From a virus, in IMG/VR virus record IMGVR_UViG_3300031957_002603, positions 32,001 through 96,000 of that record: DNA of 64,000 nt, one strand, 5' to 3'. Below the pieces are notes generated by a model, which worked only from the letters and a program-made list of their open reading frames with translations, ran no database searches and was not told the DNA's origin. Shown here piece after piece: positions 27,801 through 36,674 of the stretch. The translations under genes and the position numbers were made by a program. Numbering within the stretch: position 1 is the first letter of the stretch; each line of letters begins with the position of its first letter.

Positions 27801-30800
27801 CCGATCAACAAATGGATGCAAAGCAATTGTCGTCTGTGTCTGATAATATTTCTTCAAATGCTGGTAATATTGAAAAATATAAAACACAAGTATCGGCACT
27901 TGATGATTTTGTTTCTGCTTTAAGAGAGTTCCTTGGCGAAATAGAACAACAAGCAAGTTCAACTCAATTGCCAACCGGAATTACATTAAGAGTAGGAGAT
28001 GCTGGTAATAATGTGAAAATATTACAACAACTCCTAATAGCAGAATTCGGACCACCAATACCGAATGAACCCGGTTTAGATCCTCGTTTTTCTGTTGATG
28101 GAAGTTTTGGACCAGTCACCGAATTAGCCGTTGAATATTATCAGACGACAAAAGGTTTAACCGTAGATGGAATAGTTGGGCCTCAAACTATTAATTCATT
28201 AAATGGTCCGAGAAAGCCGGCAACACTTAGTCCCGAGAATATAGATCAAATCTCAATTCAGTTTTCTGCTAATGATGATATCAAACAGTTTTTGGTTTCT
28301 TCGCTGACAGGCAAGACACCAGAGCAAGCACCAACGGTTGCAAATCAAATTAAAGATGATTTGAATAAAAAAATAGAAGAACTTGAGACGAAAGGCAAAG
28401 AACTTCAAGGATCATTGACATCAGAGCAACTTCAGCAATGGCAGAACATGACAGACGAAGAGCGACAGCAGATGATTAATGATGCTCGCATCGAAGCAGG
28501 TATTGTTGTTGATGTCTCTAATCCGGAGCAAGTTCGCCAAGGTTCTATTGGGAAAGCACTTGGAAATGTCCAAGGAGCGATATTTGATGCATATGTTGAG
28601 GCGTTTATGTCTCTAGTTGGAATCGAGGATCTATTCGCTGCCTTGGATAAGATTCCCGGTGCCAAATTGATTGGAAGAATTATTGCATCTTTTGATTGTC
28701 CAAATGTTCATTTTATTTATCCTCCGGTTAGATCATTCTTAAGCACTCTAACTTTTAAACAATGTTTGGACGGAGGTCGCCTTGCATTCCCCAAACTTCC
28801 GAGATTGCCAAATATTAGAAGCCTAGCAGGAATTATATTTAGAAAATTGGTAGATATATTAGTAGATGCTGTCGCAGATTTAATAACTAGAGTGATTACA
28901 GCATTATTATTGAAAGTGTTACTAACAATTGAAAATGCTTTATGTAAAGCACTTGAGGCCGTTGGTAGGTTCGCTGCGGAAGCCGTCAAAGGTCCAGACG
29001 CCAACTTTGGTGGCATGATGCGTGATTTATTTTGTGATGACGGTACAAGTGATTCTGATGTCGACGATTTAACATCAAGTTTATTAACCGATGCCGGAAT
29101 CACAAACACCGATTTGCAGAACTTGGCAAAGAATGCAACGGCAAGTGATCTAAAGAACAAACATAAAGAGATAACAGAAACGATTGCAAGAATTTCTTCT
29201 AGAAGAGAATTGGAACAACTTTTGGTTGCTAATGACGGAGAGCAAGATATAAATACATTAAAAAGAATATCTTCAACAATCTCGCTTAAATTCCCAGAGT
29301 TTGCAATATTTTTTGATGATCCGAGCAAAGTCGCTGCTATATTTAGCAACATTGGTAATAGATTGAGCCCTGAACAACGTGCTAACGTTAGAGATGGACT
29401 GACAAGGCCCGGAGTCAATGTACCAGTTGATGCCTCTGTTTGTTTGACATCAGATCAAATGGACGAATGGAATGACAAAAGAAAAACAATTTTAACCAAT
29501 GCAGGAATGAACCCAGTCGAAGCAGAGGATTATGTAGCGAAACTTAACGATCGTGCCGCTGGTGACTTGCTTGATTTAGCGGATGCACTTGCTAAAGGAC
29601 CAGAACAAGTGCTTGGCGATGCTATTGATAATGCTTTTGGTCCCGGATTTGGTGGCCAAAATCCAAACGATAAAGGTCGTTTGAACGATCCATTTTGCCC
29701 TCCAACCAACGCCTCTTCAATTGTGGCTTTAGATACTGAAGAGTCATTACAAGAAGCAGCAGAACTCGCTGAGGGCACATTTAGATCTTTATCTTTTGCA
29801 TTTTCCAATGATATGATTGGAAAAAGAGACTCATTCTTGGACAATATTCTTGCTGATACATGTAACCTTCCTCTGAAGAGACACGAACAGAGAGCAAACA
29901 ATTTTGTTTTCCAAATCGACTGGGCTAACTCGCAAGAAGATTGGGATGCTAAAAAAGAAAGATTCTCAACAACCAAACTTGGTGAAATATACTTTGAAGC
30001 CCTTTCAAGCGAAGAGCCCATAGGCGTATTTCCAGAGACAGTAGGTATTCTAACAAAAGAAAAGTTGGATGCAAATGATTTTGCAATTAATTTCAAAACA
30101 ACAGAGAAAGTTCGTCCTCAAACAAAAACAAAAACAATAGAGAAAGTAGGCTCATTAAAAAACGTTAATGTTAAGATACGCAGAACATATAGAAAAGAAC
30201 CAGACCTTGTTCTTGATTTCTTCAATGACAAAAATGAGGGCTGTCGATTTGAATATGAACTAATGTTTACAAATTATGAAGATGGAGAAATCAAAATCAA
30301 AAAAGAGTTAGGTTATCGAACATTCATATATTACTATGGAAATGAGTATGAAAAATCATTTTTTGGCAAGGAAGATGAAGATAAAGAGATACCATATGAC
30401 AGATTAGAATATAAAGTTGTTAATACAGTTGGCATCTCGGGTACTGGCTCCGCTTTGGTTGAACAACATGGCTCAATTTCAGAAAAAAACTTACAAGAAC
30501 TTAAAGTCCCATATCAAGGAGTTCTATTCTCAAATTATATTAGTTCTATCCTTTCTGCGTCCGGACACTCCGCTCTCCCGGTTAAACAAATAGCGAAGGA
30601 CTCATATAAAAATTATATGGAGTACCTCTATAAAGGTGTCCTTAAAGGCTTGAATCAAAAGTTAGATGGAACCCAACCGGAAGGCTATGACTTCGGGTAT
30701 GTGGCAAATGACCTGACACCAGATGATGTGTTGTATGTAAACCCTGAAGCAACATCTGACGAAAGCACATGGGAATATACATATGACGAAGAAGAAATGG

Positions 30801-32899
30801 TCCTAGGTAAGTCAGCCACGAATAATGAAAGAGTCCACTTCTTGGATCCTGCAATCTATGGCGGCAGTTATAACAACCCACCATTTTATATTGAGCCGCA
30901 GAAATTCAAAGGCTGGCTTGGAATTGCATCAGCGCTTGTTCCGGAGTTTGATGGGTGCAAACCTAGACGCACTGACTTTATTGGTTTGAAAGAATTAGCC
31001 GATAATGTTACAAAACTCGAACAAGCAATTCCGCCTGATTCAAGATTAAGCGAGGACCCTGATTGTATCAATCACACACCATTTGATAAAATATCAGATC
31101 CTTCAACACTTGCTTATTTGGATACTACAATTGCAGCAACAATTCGAATATATGCAGCGGAAGCAATGGTAAAATCAATGCCTGTACTGTCTCACATGAG
31201 ATATTCTGAAGATAATTATGACACTGGCTTTGCTTCTGTAATTGTTGAAAAGATGGAGCAAGGATTATCTGAAACAGATGCACTTATTCCCATATTCGGA
31301 GGAAGAGTTCAATTTTATAATTATTGGCTTCTTTTCCTAGAGTGTGCAGTTATGGCATTGGTCCGTAAGGTCAATATGGGCGAAATTGAATCCAATTCAG
31401 AAATTGATGAAGCAAGATCAATTATTGATAAAGCACAACGCCGCCACCTGTATCCAAACAGGGATGTTCTCAGAGTGATCAAGGGCTATGGCTCTTCTAT
31501 TGAAAGAATTAAGACCATCAATCCTGCTAAAATTGACGAAGATTATAAGAATCAACCAAGAGTACGACAAATTCTGAAAGGATGCTATATTGCAGGATAT
31601 CCGGGACTTGCTCAGAAAGGTAGATTGATCGATCAGACAATTGATTTTGATCCGCTTTTTCTCTCGTTAAACGGTGCCCGCTTTGCATCACACATAAACA
31701 CGATTTATGATGTGAGAAGGGAATGTAAAATTCTTTTAAAGTATCTCGTTAGCCACGAGATAAGTCAAATGATGTCAAATTTAAATGAAAGATTTGACGG
31801 AAGTCAATATATCTACGATTTTTATCGATATACCTTGGCGTTACCAGACGTTTACGCTAAAACTGGACTGAAATCAGGCCTCACAGAGACTGAAGCACCA
31901 ATTACAGATGGCGAAATATCATATGGATCAGTCCCAGATGTTGGTGATGTTAGTTCTGTTGACCTCACAGCAGCCGGTGGCTTCGGTTTTTACATTGAAA
32001 AATACGTAAGAACAGTCGAGAAGCCAGAAGAATTCTATTCCGAGAGCCCATTTTGGGCCAATCCTGACTCTGAAGCCGCCCAAATTGTCAAAAATATGCC
32101 CAATTCTTTGAAGGGTGTGTGCAATATTAAAGAGTTCGGGGAGTATTTTTCTCAAGCAAAGGATCTTTTTGACGAGAATACCAACATTTCAGACATCTTT
32201 GGCGATGCTTCAATAAGTGAAGGGAGCGATGAGTACCTAGGATCTACCGGATTAAAGTTTGGTGTTCGAATTATCATGGTGCCCGATGCTATTCTTGCCG
32301 GCAAGATAAATGAAGGCGAGATTGATTCCAAGTTCGCCCGAGAAGAAAAGTCGTATAACCTTCAATCAATCCCTGTTGCATCTTTCGAACAAGATATTCC
32401 TGATATTAAATTCAAAGAATTGAAGTTTAATAACCCAACTTTAGATGAAGATCTCAAATGCTACATCGATAATCTCGTGAAGACCGATGAATTTGTGTTT
32501 TTAATGGATTATGTATTTGGAATTAAGAAATTACCATCTATACTATTGACATATGTGAATGAGGCGTTTATTCAAGCCGTTGGTGCTGACGTTGAGAGAG
32601 ATGTCGATAACATTATTGACCGTTTTGACGATGCTTGGAAGGGCGAGATCTTGTCCGATTCCAAGAGGGAGTGCCGTAGATTGTTTGCTGCTTTCTATCG
32701 ATCCGATGATTTCGAAGTTCCAGAAGGTGACGACGGCAGAACATTGGCAGAAGTGCTTGAACAAATGAAGAAGGGAAGTCTTTTCGGAAGAGCAGACCCA
32801 TCAATGCGTTGGTGGCGAAGACGACGACAGCGTGGAAGACCATACAATAAAGATGGGAATGAGTGTGCAGGAGAATTTGGCGGACTATTTAAGAACTAG
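24881..32899 (+). CDS. Giant (2672 aa) virion-associated protein with internal peptidoglycan-binding domain
   Basis: PG_binding_1-like LRVGDAGNNVKILQQLL...VDGSFGPVTELAVEYYQTTKGLTVDGIVGPQTINSL at ~27985-28205; coiled coils; between spike and gp25. Confidence 0.75.
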   Translation: MTTLNESKFLNKQKDVCEDTVAERPPPKICPTCIPNPDAIVPTWYEAEEPFLDEQRCEYVVRVNVNDNGDSYDVSQMRESGKSLREVLNSYKIAGIYQLLRFFEKEISNQVIFAFADDPQKLKRLLRRNRANTEQLIEKVTQSVTDGVFDIYSLSEGLIEAYGLNAEGFNPEALELYARADDYWVSLYQTPKGGEPIWVKVVIPAFIFDRVAEGLAGDEEESDTSGEREVIIDGTKFKGKIRRLKHVLGVYSKYQAYWWQSEKGKLAFQNDPIKGSYKNSFYCKIYIDKINDIADEIESLIESQTDFKLRNRRTNRAVDKIKITFKQRGNNPYYIKKLEVMGFSCPEYERINLNSLKANKRKYKAPFNNETALGYIANLNPIDSDLNARETPPWLDFLVKYTYPKLTLDYGNASPETSVTDGTTSILGCIVDNNGGTEGLRDFFFDQVISTFEAIEYKWNQNACKVLAGAANAARAAGDAARSGLSDEQAEFQQDQILGELQEDLDKTSSGGAFMFAEAAIERGIDDLEEELYKFEKEIELQEKIDFWVTQRDKAGEELNEIVGFWTFFFEQNNWRPTDFIIGLAEQQAAEQAAIDADIAEQEAQAAAVEAERLQDQYEVDAFAADVFGGPIPTKPDSEIVDLSFEAMNLPEDLGSSSLLDEGTGALSELNIPESVTNAVENFLSGDLEQKIQYALTIVSQGNSIAATAFPDTGKADSLQRNKTFSIENIDKLNKELQELQESTARSRAREERKAENEQRRNNKDEARFKRKETKQVNKEADGILSGRKARKQNREQRRKDNKFYRADARAARTERRQSRGAERGENPFIAYGREAALKGFDFENSLISLFLNEEEFSNYGLSGFNLSRIGGKRKKGEGAKQRLKNFFDNFGICGFNKLLEKAIKCLLSGMDLRTALNQIVRAAISNMSPAAMEKLLVGLDPRKQAEIREYVAQQFQDMPAPWERDYQPGRVTTDQQMDAKQLSSVSDNISSNAGNIEKYKTQVSALDDFVSALREFLGEIEQQASSTQLPTGITLRVGDAGNNVKILQQLLIAEFGPPIPNEPGLDPRFSVDGSFGPVTELAVEYYQTTKGLTVDGIVGPQTINSLNGPRKPATLSPENIDQISIQFSANDDIKQFLVSSLTGKTPEQAPTVANQIKDDLNKKIEELETKGKELQGSLTSEQLQQWQNMTDEERQQMINDARIEAGIVVDVSNPEQVRQGSIGKALGNVQGAIFDAYVEAFMSLVGIEDLFAALDKIPGAKLIGRIIASFDCPNVHFIYPPVRSFLSTLTFKQCLDGGRLAFPKLPRLPNIRSLAGIIFRKLVDILVDAVADLITRVITALLLKVLLTIENALCKALEAVGRFAAEAVKGPDANFGGMMRDLFCDDGTSDSDVDDLTSSLLTDAGITNTDLQNLAKNATASDLKNKHKEITETIARISSRRELEQLLVANDGEQDINTLKRISSTISLKFPEFAIFFDDPSKVAAIFSNIGNRLSPEQRANVRDGLTRPGVNVPVDASVCLTSDQMDEWNDKRKTILTNAGMNPVEAEDYVAKLNDRAAGDLLDLADALAKGPEQVLGDAIDNAFGPGFGGQNPNDKGRLNDPFCPPTNASSIVALDTEESLQEAAELAEGTFRSLSFAFSNDMIGKRDSFLDNILADTCNLPLKRHEQRANNFVFQIDWANSQEDWDAKKERFSTTKLGEIYFEALSSEEPIGVFPETVGILTKEKLDANDFAINFKTTEKVRPQTKTKTIEKVGSLKNVNVKIRRTYRKEPDLVLDFFNDKNEGCRFEYELMFTNYEDGEIKIKKELGYRTFIYYYGNEYEKSFFGKEDEDKEIPYDRLEYKVVNTVGISGTGSALVEQHGSISEKNLQELKVPYQGVLFSNYISSILSASGHSALPVKQIAKDSYKNYMEYLYKGVLKGLNQKLDGTQPEGYDFGYVANDLTPDDVLYVNPEATSDESTWEYTYDEEEMVLGKSATNNERVHFLDPAIYGGSYNNPPFYIEPQKFKGWLGIASALVPEFDGCKPRRTDFIGLKELADNVTKLEQAIPPDSRLSEDPDCINHTPFDKISDPSTLAYLDTTIAATIRIYAAEAMVKSMPVLSHMRYSEDNYDTGFASVIVEKMEQGLSETDALIPIFGGRVQFYNYWLLFLECAVMALVRKVNMGEIESNSEIDEARSIIDKAQRRHLYPNRDVLRVIKGYGSSIERIKTINPAKIDEDYKNQPRVRQILKGCYIAGYPGLAQKGRLIDQTIDFDPLFLSLNGARFASHINTIYDVRRECKILLKYLVSHEISQMMSNLNERFDGSQYIYDFYRYTLALPDVYAKTGLKSGLTETEAPITDGEISYGSVPDVGDVSSVDLTAAGGFGFYIEKYVRTVEKPEEFYSESPFWANPDSEAAQIVKNMPNSLKGVCNIKEFGEYFSQAKDLFDENTNISDIFGDASISEGSDEYLGSTGLKFGVRIIMVPDAILAGKINEGEIDSKFAREEKSYNLQSIPVASFEQDIPDIKFKELKFNNPTLDEDLKCYIDNLVKTDEFVFLMDYVFGIKKLPSILLTYVNEAFIQAVGADVERDVDNIIDRFDDAWKGEILSDSKRECRRLFAAFYRSDDFEVPEGDDGRTLAEVLEQMKKGSLFGRADPSMRWWRRRRQRGRPYNKDGNECAGEFGGLFKN
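32884..32891 (+). promoter_or_regulatory. Candidate late promoter ACTATTTA
   Basis: 19 nt upstream of the gp25-like ATG, followed by GAGGG SD. Confidence 0.55.
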
Positions 32900-32910
32900 A
32901 GGGACTTATC

Positions 32911-33318
32911 ATGGCTACAAATCCATTTTGGGATGAATTATCAAAATACGAAGACAGGGTTCAGGGACCTTTATCAAGTTCTCCAACAGATCCTTTGACC
33001 GATATTACGGATCCGAAAGAACAAGTAAAGCAGAATTTTAGAATTCTTTTATTGACTGCGCCGGGCGAACGATTGACAGATTCAAATTTCGGTGTCGGCT
33101 TAAAAAATTATTTGTTTGAGTTGGCAAACGAGCAAACCTATTCCAAGGTTAGAAACAGAGTACAAGAGCAAACCGCACAGTACATGCCATACATTACAAT
33201 TCAGGACTTACGAGTCGGATTGGCATCGGCAGATTCGCAAGTGATGAGGGTAATAATTAAATATTATATTCCTCGTTTAGACCAGTTGGACCAAATAGAT
33301 CTTACGTTTCCATTATAA
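32911..33318 (+). CDS. Baseplate wedge subunit, T4 gp25-like
   Basis: EQVKQNFRILLLTAPGERLTDSNFGVGLKNYLFE ... YMPYITI. Confidence 0.92.
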   Translation: MATNPFWDELSKYEDRVQGPLSSSPTDPLTDITDPKEQVKQNFRILLLTAPGERLTDSNFGVGLKNYLFELANEQTYSKVRNRVQEQTAQYMPYITIQDLRVGLASADSQVMRVIIKYYIPRLDQLDQIDLTFPL

Positions 33319-33329
33319 TTCCTTGAAGA

Positions 33330-33337
33330 ACTAATTA
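33330..33337 (+). promoter_or_regulatory. Candidate late promoter ACTAATTA
   Basis: Intergenic, 20 nt upstream of gp6-like ATG, followed by GAGAGG SD. Confidence 0.6.
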
Positions 33338-33357
33338 TAAGTTGAGAGGGTCGCTAA

Positions 33358-35157
33358 ATGGCTAAGAAGAAAATTGTACCTATAAAATACACCAGCAGAG
33401 ATTTCGAATCAATTAAATCAGATCTGGTTGAATATTCAAAAAGATTTTATCCAAACAGAGTAAATGACTTTTCAAAAGCGTCATTTGCTTCGTTAGTACT
33501 TGATAGTGTGGCTTACGCCGGCGACATTCTATCGTATTACTTAGACTATCAGGTCAATGAATCATTCCTCGATACATCAATTGAGTTCGACAATATTCGT
33601 AAACATGCCAACACTCTCGGCTATAAATTCGCAGGCATTCAGAATGCATACGGAACTGTTGCGATGTTTGTCTTGGTTCCAGCAAATGCAAATGGTACAG
33701 CGCCCGATACTTCTTATTATCCAATTGTAAAGAGAGGTACTACCTTTCAAAGCACCGGCGGAGGCTCTTTCATTTTAACTGAAGATGTGAGGTTTGATGA
33801 TCCACAGAACGAAGTTGTCGCCGCTCGATTTGATCCAACAGATGGGTCAACAACATTCTTTGCTATTCGTGCATACGGTCAAGTTGTATCTGGTCGTTTT
33901 GAAACTGTGACTTTTGACCTTACAAGCGAACCATTTGAAAGATTCAAGCGAATAAGAGTCGGAGGCACCAATATATCCGAGATCTTTTCTGTAGTTGATG
34001 GAAACGGCAACAAATATTATGAAGTTGATTATCTCTCTCAAGAGACCGTGTTCATTGATACAACAAACAAAAACGCTGCTTCTGATAATGTCCGTAGCAT
34101 CTTGAAGCCGTTTGTTGCAACAAGAAGATTTGTAGTCGAGCAAAACGATCAAGGCACATTCATGCAGTTTGGCTTTGGATCCGAGAACGACGAAACAACC
34201 GGTTTGGCCGACCCTGCTAAAGCAACGATTCAGATGTACGGTAAGCGATACGTGACCGATCGCTCTTTCGATCCGACGCAATTGATGAGAACAAATAAAC
34301 TTGGTATCTCACCTGACGGAACAAAACTAACAATCGTTTATAAAGTAAATGATGTCAACTCAACAAACGTTCCTGTAAATGCACTGAATACTGTTGGTTC
34401 TAGAATAATTGATTTTGATAATCCGGACACCCTTGTGACCGCAACAAGACTTGCTGTAGAGCAATCACTCGAAGTAAACAACGACGAGCCAATTTCTCTT
34501 GACACAAGTGCAATCTCTAACGAAGAATTAAAGGTCCGAGCCAAGAACTATTACGCAATGCAGAATAGAGCCGTAAGTAAACAAGATTATGAGTCGCTCT
34601 GTTATAACATGCCCCCAAAGTTTGGCTCAATCAAAAGAGCCAATGCGGTCAACGACCCAAGTGGAACTAACAGAAGACTGGCTCTCTATCTGATATCCGC
34701 TGACAATGATGGGAAATTAACAACAACCAACGAGGTTACAAAACAAAATCTAAAGAAATGGATCTCAAGTTATAAAATGCTTAATGATGTAATTGACATT
34801 TACGATACAAAGATCATAAACTTTGGCATTGATTTTCAAGTGACCGTTACAAGAGATGCTAATCCAAATGATGTTGTTAACAGAGTAATATCAAAGATAA
34901 TTCAAGAGTATGACTTTGATTTTTATATCGGAGAACCTGTGTACATCGCTGAATTAACGAACATTATTTCGAAAGTTGACGGAGTATCTGATGTTAAAAA
35001 GATAAAGATTTACAACCTTAGCGGCGGAAACTATTCTGCAACCTCTGTTAATTTTGACGACATCAAGTCTAGAGATGCCACTTTTTACAAGGCACCAAAG
35101 AATGCAATATTTGAATTGAAATTCCCAAGACGCGACATTAAAGGAACTGCAAGATAA
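33358..35157 (+). CDS. Baseplate wedge protein, T4 gp6 / baseplate J-like
   Basis: YTSRDFESIKSDL, AYAGDILSYYLDYQVNESFLDT, LGYK, QFGFG, QNRAVSKQDYE. Confidence 0.92.
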   Translation: MAKKKIVPIKYTSRDFESIKSDLVEYSKRFYPNRVNDFSKASFASLVLDSVAYAGDILSYYLDYQVNESFLDTSIEFDNIRKHANTLGYKFAGIQNAYGTVAMFVLVPANANGTAPDTSYYPIVKRGTTFQSTGGGSFILTEDVRFDDPQNEVVAARFDPTDGSTTFFAIRAYGQVVSGRFETVTFDLTSEPFERFKRIRVGGTNISEIFSVVDGNGNKYYEVDYLSQETVFIDTTNKNAASDNVRSILKPFVATRRFVVEQNDQGTFMQFGFGSENDETTGLADPAKATIQMYGKRYVTDRSFDPTQLMRTNKLGISPDGTKLTIVYKVNDVNSTNVPVNALNTVGSRIIDFDNPDTLVTATRLAVEQSLEVNNDEPISLDTSAISNEELKVRAKNYYAMQNRAVSKQDYESLCYNMPPKFGSIKRANAVNDPSGTNRRLALYLISADNDGKLTTTNEVTKQNLKKWISSYKMLNDVIDIYDTKIINFGIDFQVTVTRDANPNDVVNRVISKIIQEYDFDFYIGEPVYIAELTNIISKVDGVSDVKKIKIYNLSGGNYSATSVNFDDIKSRDATFYKAPKNAIFELKFPRRDIKGTAR

Positions 35158-36674
35158 TGGCTGTAAAGAGATACCTCGCTACGAAAGATAATACAATAAC
35201 AAATTCGTTTCAATCTGATCTGTCCACAAGAGGCACTGGCTCAAATATGGGACAATCCGATATATTGGAAGCATTTTCTATTTACGCTCAAGCCACAACA
35301 TCTTCTGTTGAATTACAGAGATTTATGATCCAGTTCGATACAACCTCGATTAATACTGACCGTGATGCTGGCATTCTTCCCGCAAGTGGCTCAGTTGAGT
35401 GGAGACTAAAACTTTATAACGCTCGCCATAGCAGCACTCAGCCATTCAATTACGACATGACAGTTCACCCAATTACAGCAGACTGGGAAGAAGGCATTGG
35501 TTTAGATATGGAAAATTATTCCGATCTGACTTATGACGTGATTGGCTCAAACTGGATCCGCTCTGCTGGCTCCACTGCTTGGGATGTTGAAGGTGGATCT
35601 TATCTGCAAACTCCAAATGCAACTGCGTCATTCCCAGTTGGCAATGAAGATATGTCACTAATTGTTACTGATATGGTTGAAGACTGGCTTGGCTCAAGTC
35701 CGACCAGAACAAATTATGGCTTTATGGTTAAACTCGCAGAGCAGTTTGAAAGTGCTAGTCTATCTTATTATACAAAGAAATTTTTTGCTCGAGGAACTGA
35801 ATTCTTTTTTCAAAAGCCCGTACTTGAGGCGCGATGGGATTCAAGAACTAACGATGATCGCGGTGAATTTTACTTGTCTTCTGCTTTGGCTCCTGCTGAT
35901 GATAACATGAATACATTATATTTTTATAACTTTGTTCGTGGAAGACTGCGAGAGATTCCAGATCTTGGAGATGACAAGAGAGTTTATGTATCTTTGTTTT
36001 CCGGATCGCTTGCAAATACCGCTCCCTCTGGCTCTCCTCAAGTACTGGTTGTTGACGGAACGCATGTTACATCCAACAACAATCTTGTTATAACAGGCGG
36101 AATTGTTTCCACAGGAATTTATTCAGCGTCTGTTGCTTACACTGGCTCCGATACAATGACCAAAGTCTTTGATGTTTGGTTTACTGGCAGCGATTCTACT
36201 ACTTCGGCTTATGACGCCGACACTCAATTTCACACAGGCACAATTGATATTGAAAACTTTGAGGCTTCAAATTATTCAACCACAAACCGATACGTGATTA
36301 ATTTTACAAACATACAGCAAGAGTATTATCCAGAGCAGTCAGCAAGATTCAGAATGTTTGCGAGACAAAAAGGATGGTCTCCAAATATTTACACGGTCGC
36401 TCAGGCAACCGTACCAACCTTGACATTTAGAAGTGCTTCATATCAAATCACAAGAGCAACGGATGATTATGTCGTTATAGATTATGGAACAGGCAGCGTG
36501 TATCATACATTGATGTCGTACGATGTATCTGGTAACTATTTTGATCTAGATATCGGTTTATTGGAACCGGGTTATGCTTATAACATACAAGTATCTATCT
36601 ATGATGATGCTGTTGGTACTTATATCGAACAACCATACAGTTTTAAATTCAAGGTAAATAAGTATGACTATTAA
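35157..36674 (+). CDS. Virion structural protein (DNRLRE-like beta domain + Ig-like C-terminus)
   Basis: ATKDNTI, RFMIQFD, LKLY, HPITADWEEGIG, NYGFMVK, KKFFAR, PVLEARWD pattern; baseplate context. Confidence 0.6.
   Translation: MAVKRYLATKDNTITNSFQSDLSTRGTGSNMGQSDILEAFSIYAQATTSSVELQRFMIQFDTTSINTDRDAGILPASGSVEWRLKLYNARHSSTQPFNYDMTVHPITADWEEGIGLDMENYSDLTYDVIGSNWIRSAGSTAWDVEGGSYLQTPNATASFPVGNEDMSLIVTDMVEDWLGSSPTRTNYGFMVKLAEQFESASLSYYTKKFFARGTEFFFQKPVLEARWDSRTNDDRGEFYLSSALAPADDNMNTLYFYNFVRGRLREIPDLGDDKRVYVSLFSGSLANTAPSGSPQVLVVDGTHVTSNNNLVITGGIVSTGIYSASVAYTGSDTMTKVFDVWFTGSDSTTSAYDADTQFHTGTIDIENFEASNYSTTNRYVINFTNIQQEYYPEQSARFRMFARQKGWSPNIYTVAQATVPTLTFRSASYQITRATDDYVVIDYGTGSVYHTLMSYDVSGNYFDLDIGLLEPGYAYNIQVSIYDDAVGTYIEQPYSFKFKVNKYDY

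Noticed and set aside
24908-32843. Minus-strand ORFs up to 233 aa (e.g. 28717-29418, 29530-30096, 26530-27081)
   Set aside because: Antisense shadows of the 2672-aa gene; S/L/F-rich with no motifs or evident translation signals.
33313-33340. Inverted repeat TTATAATT...AATTATAA
   Set aside because: A/T-only 8-bp arms, weak and plausible by chance; better explained by the overlapping late-promoter motif.
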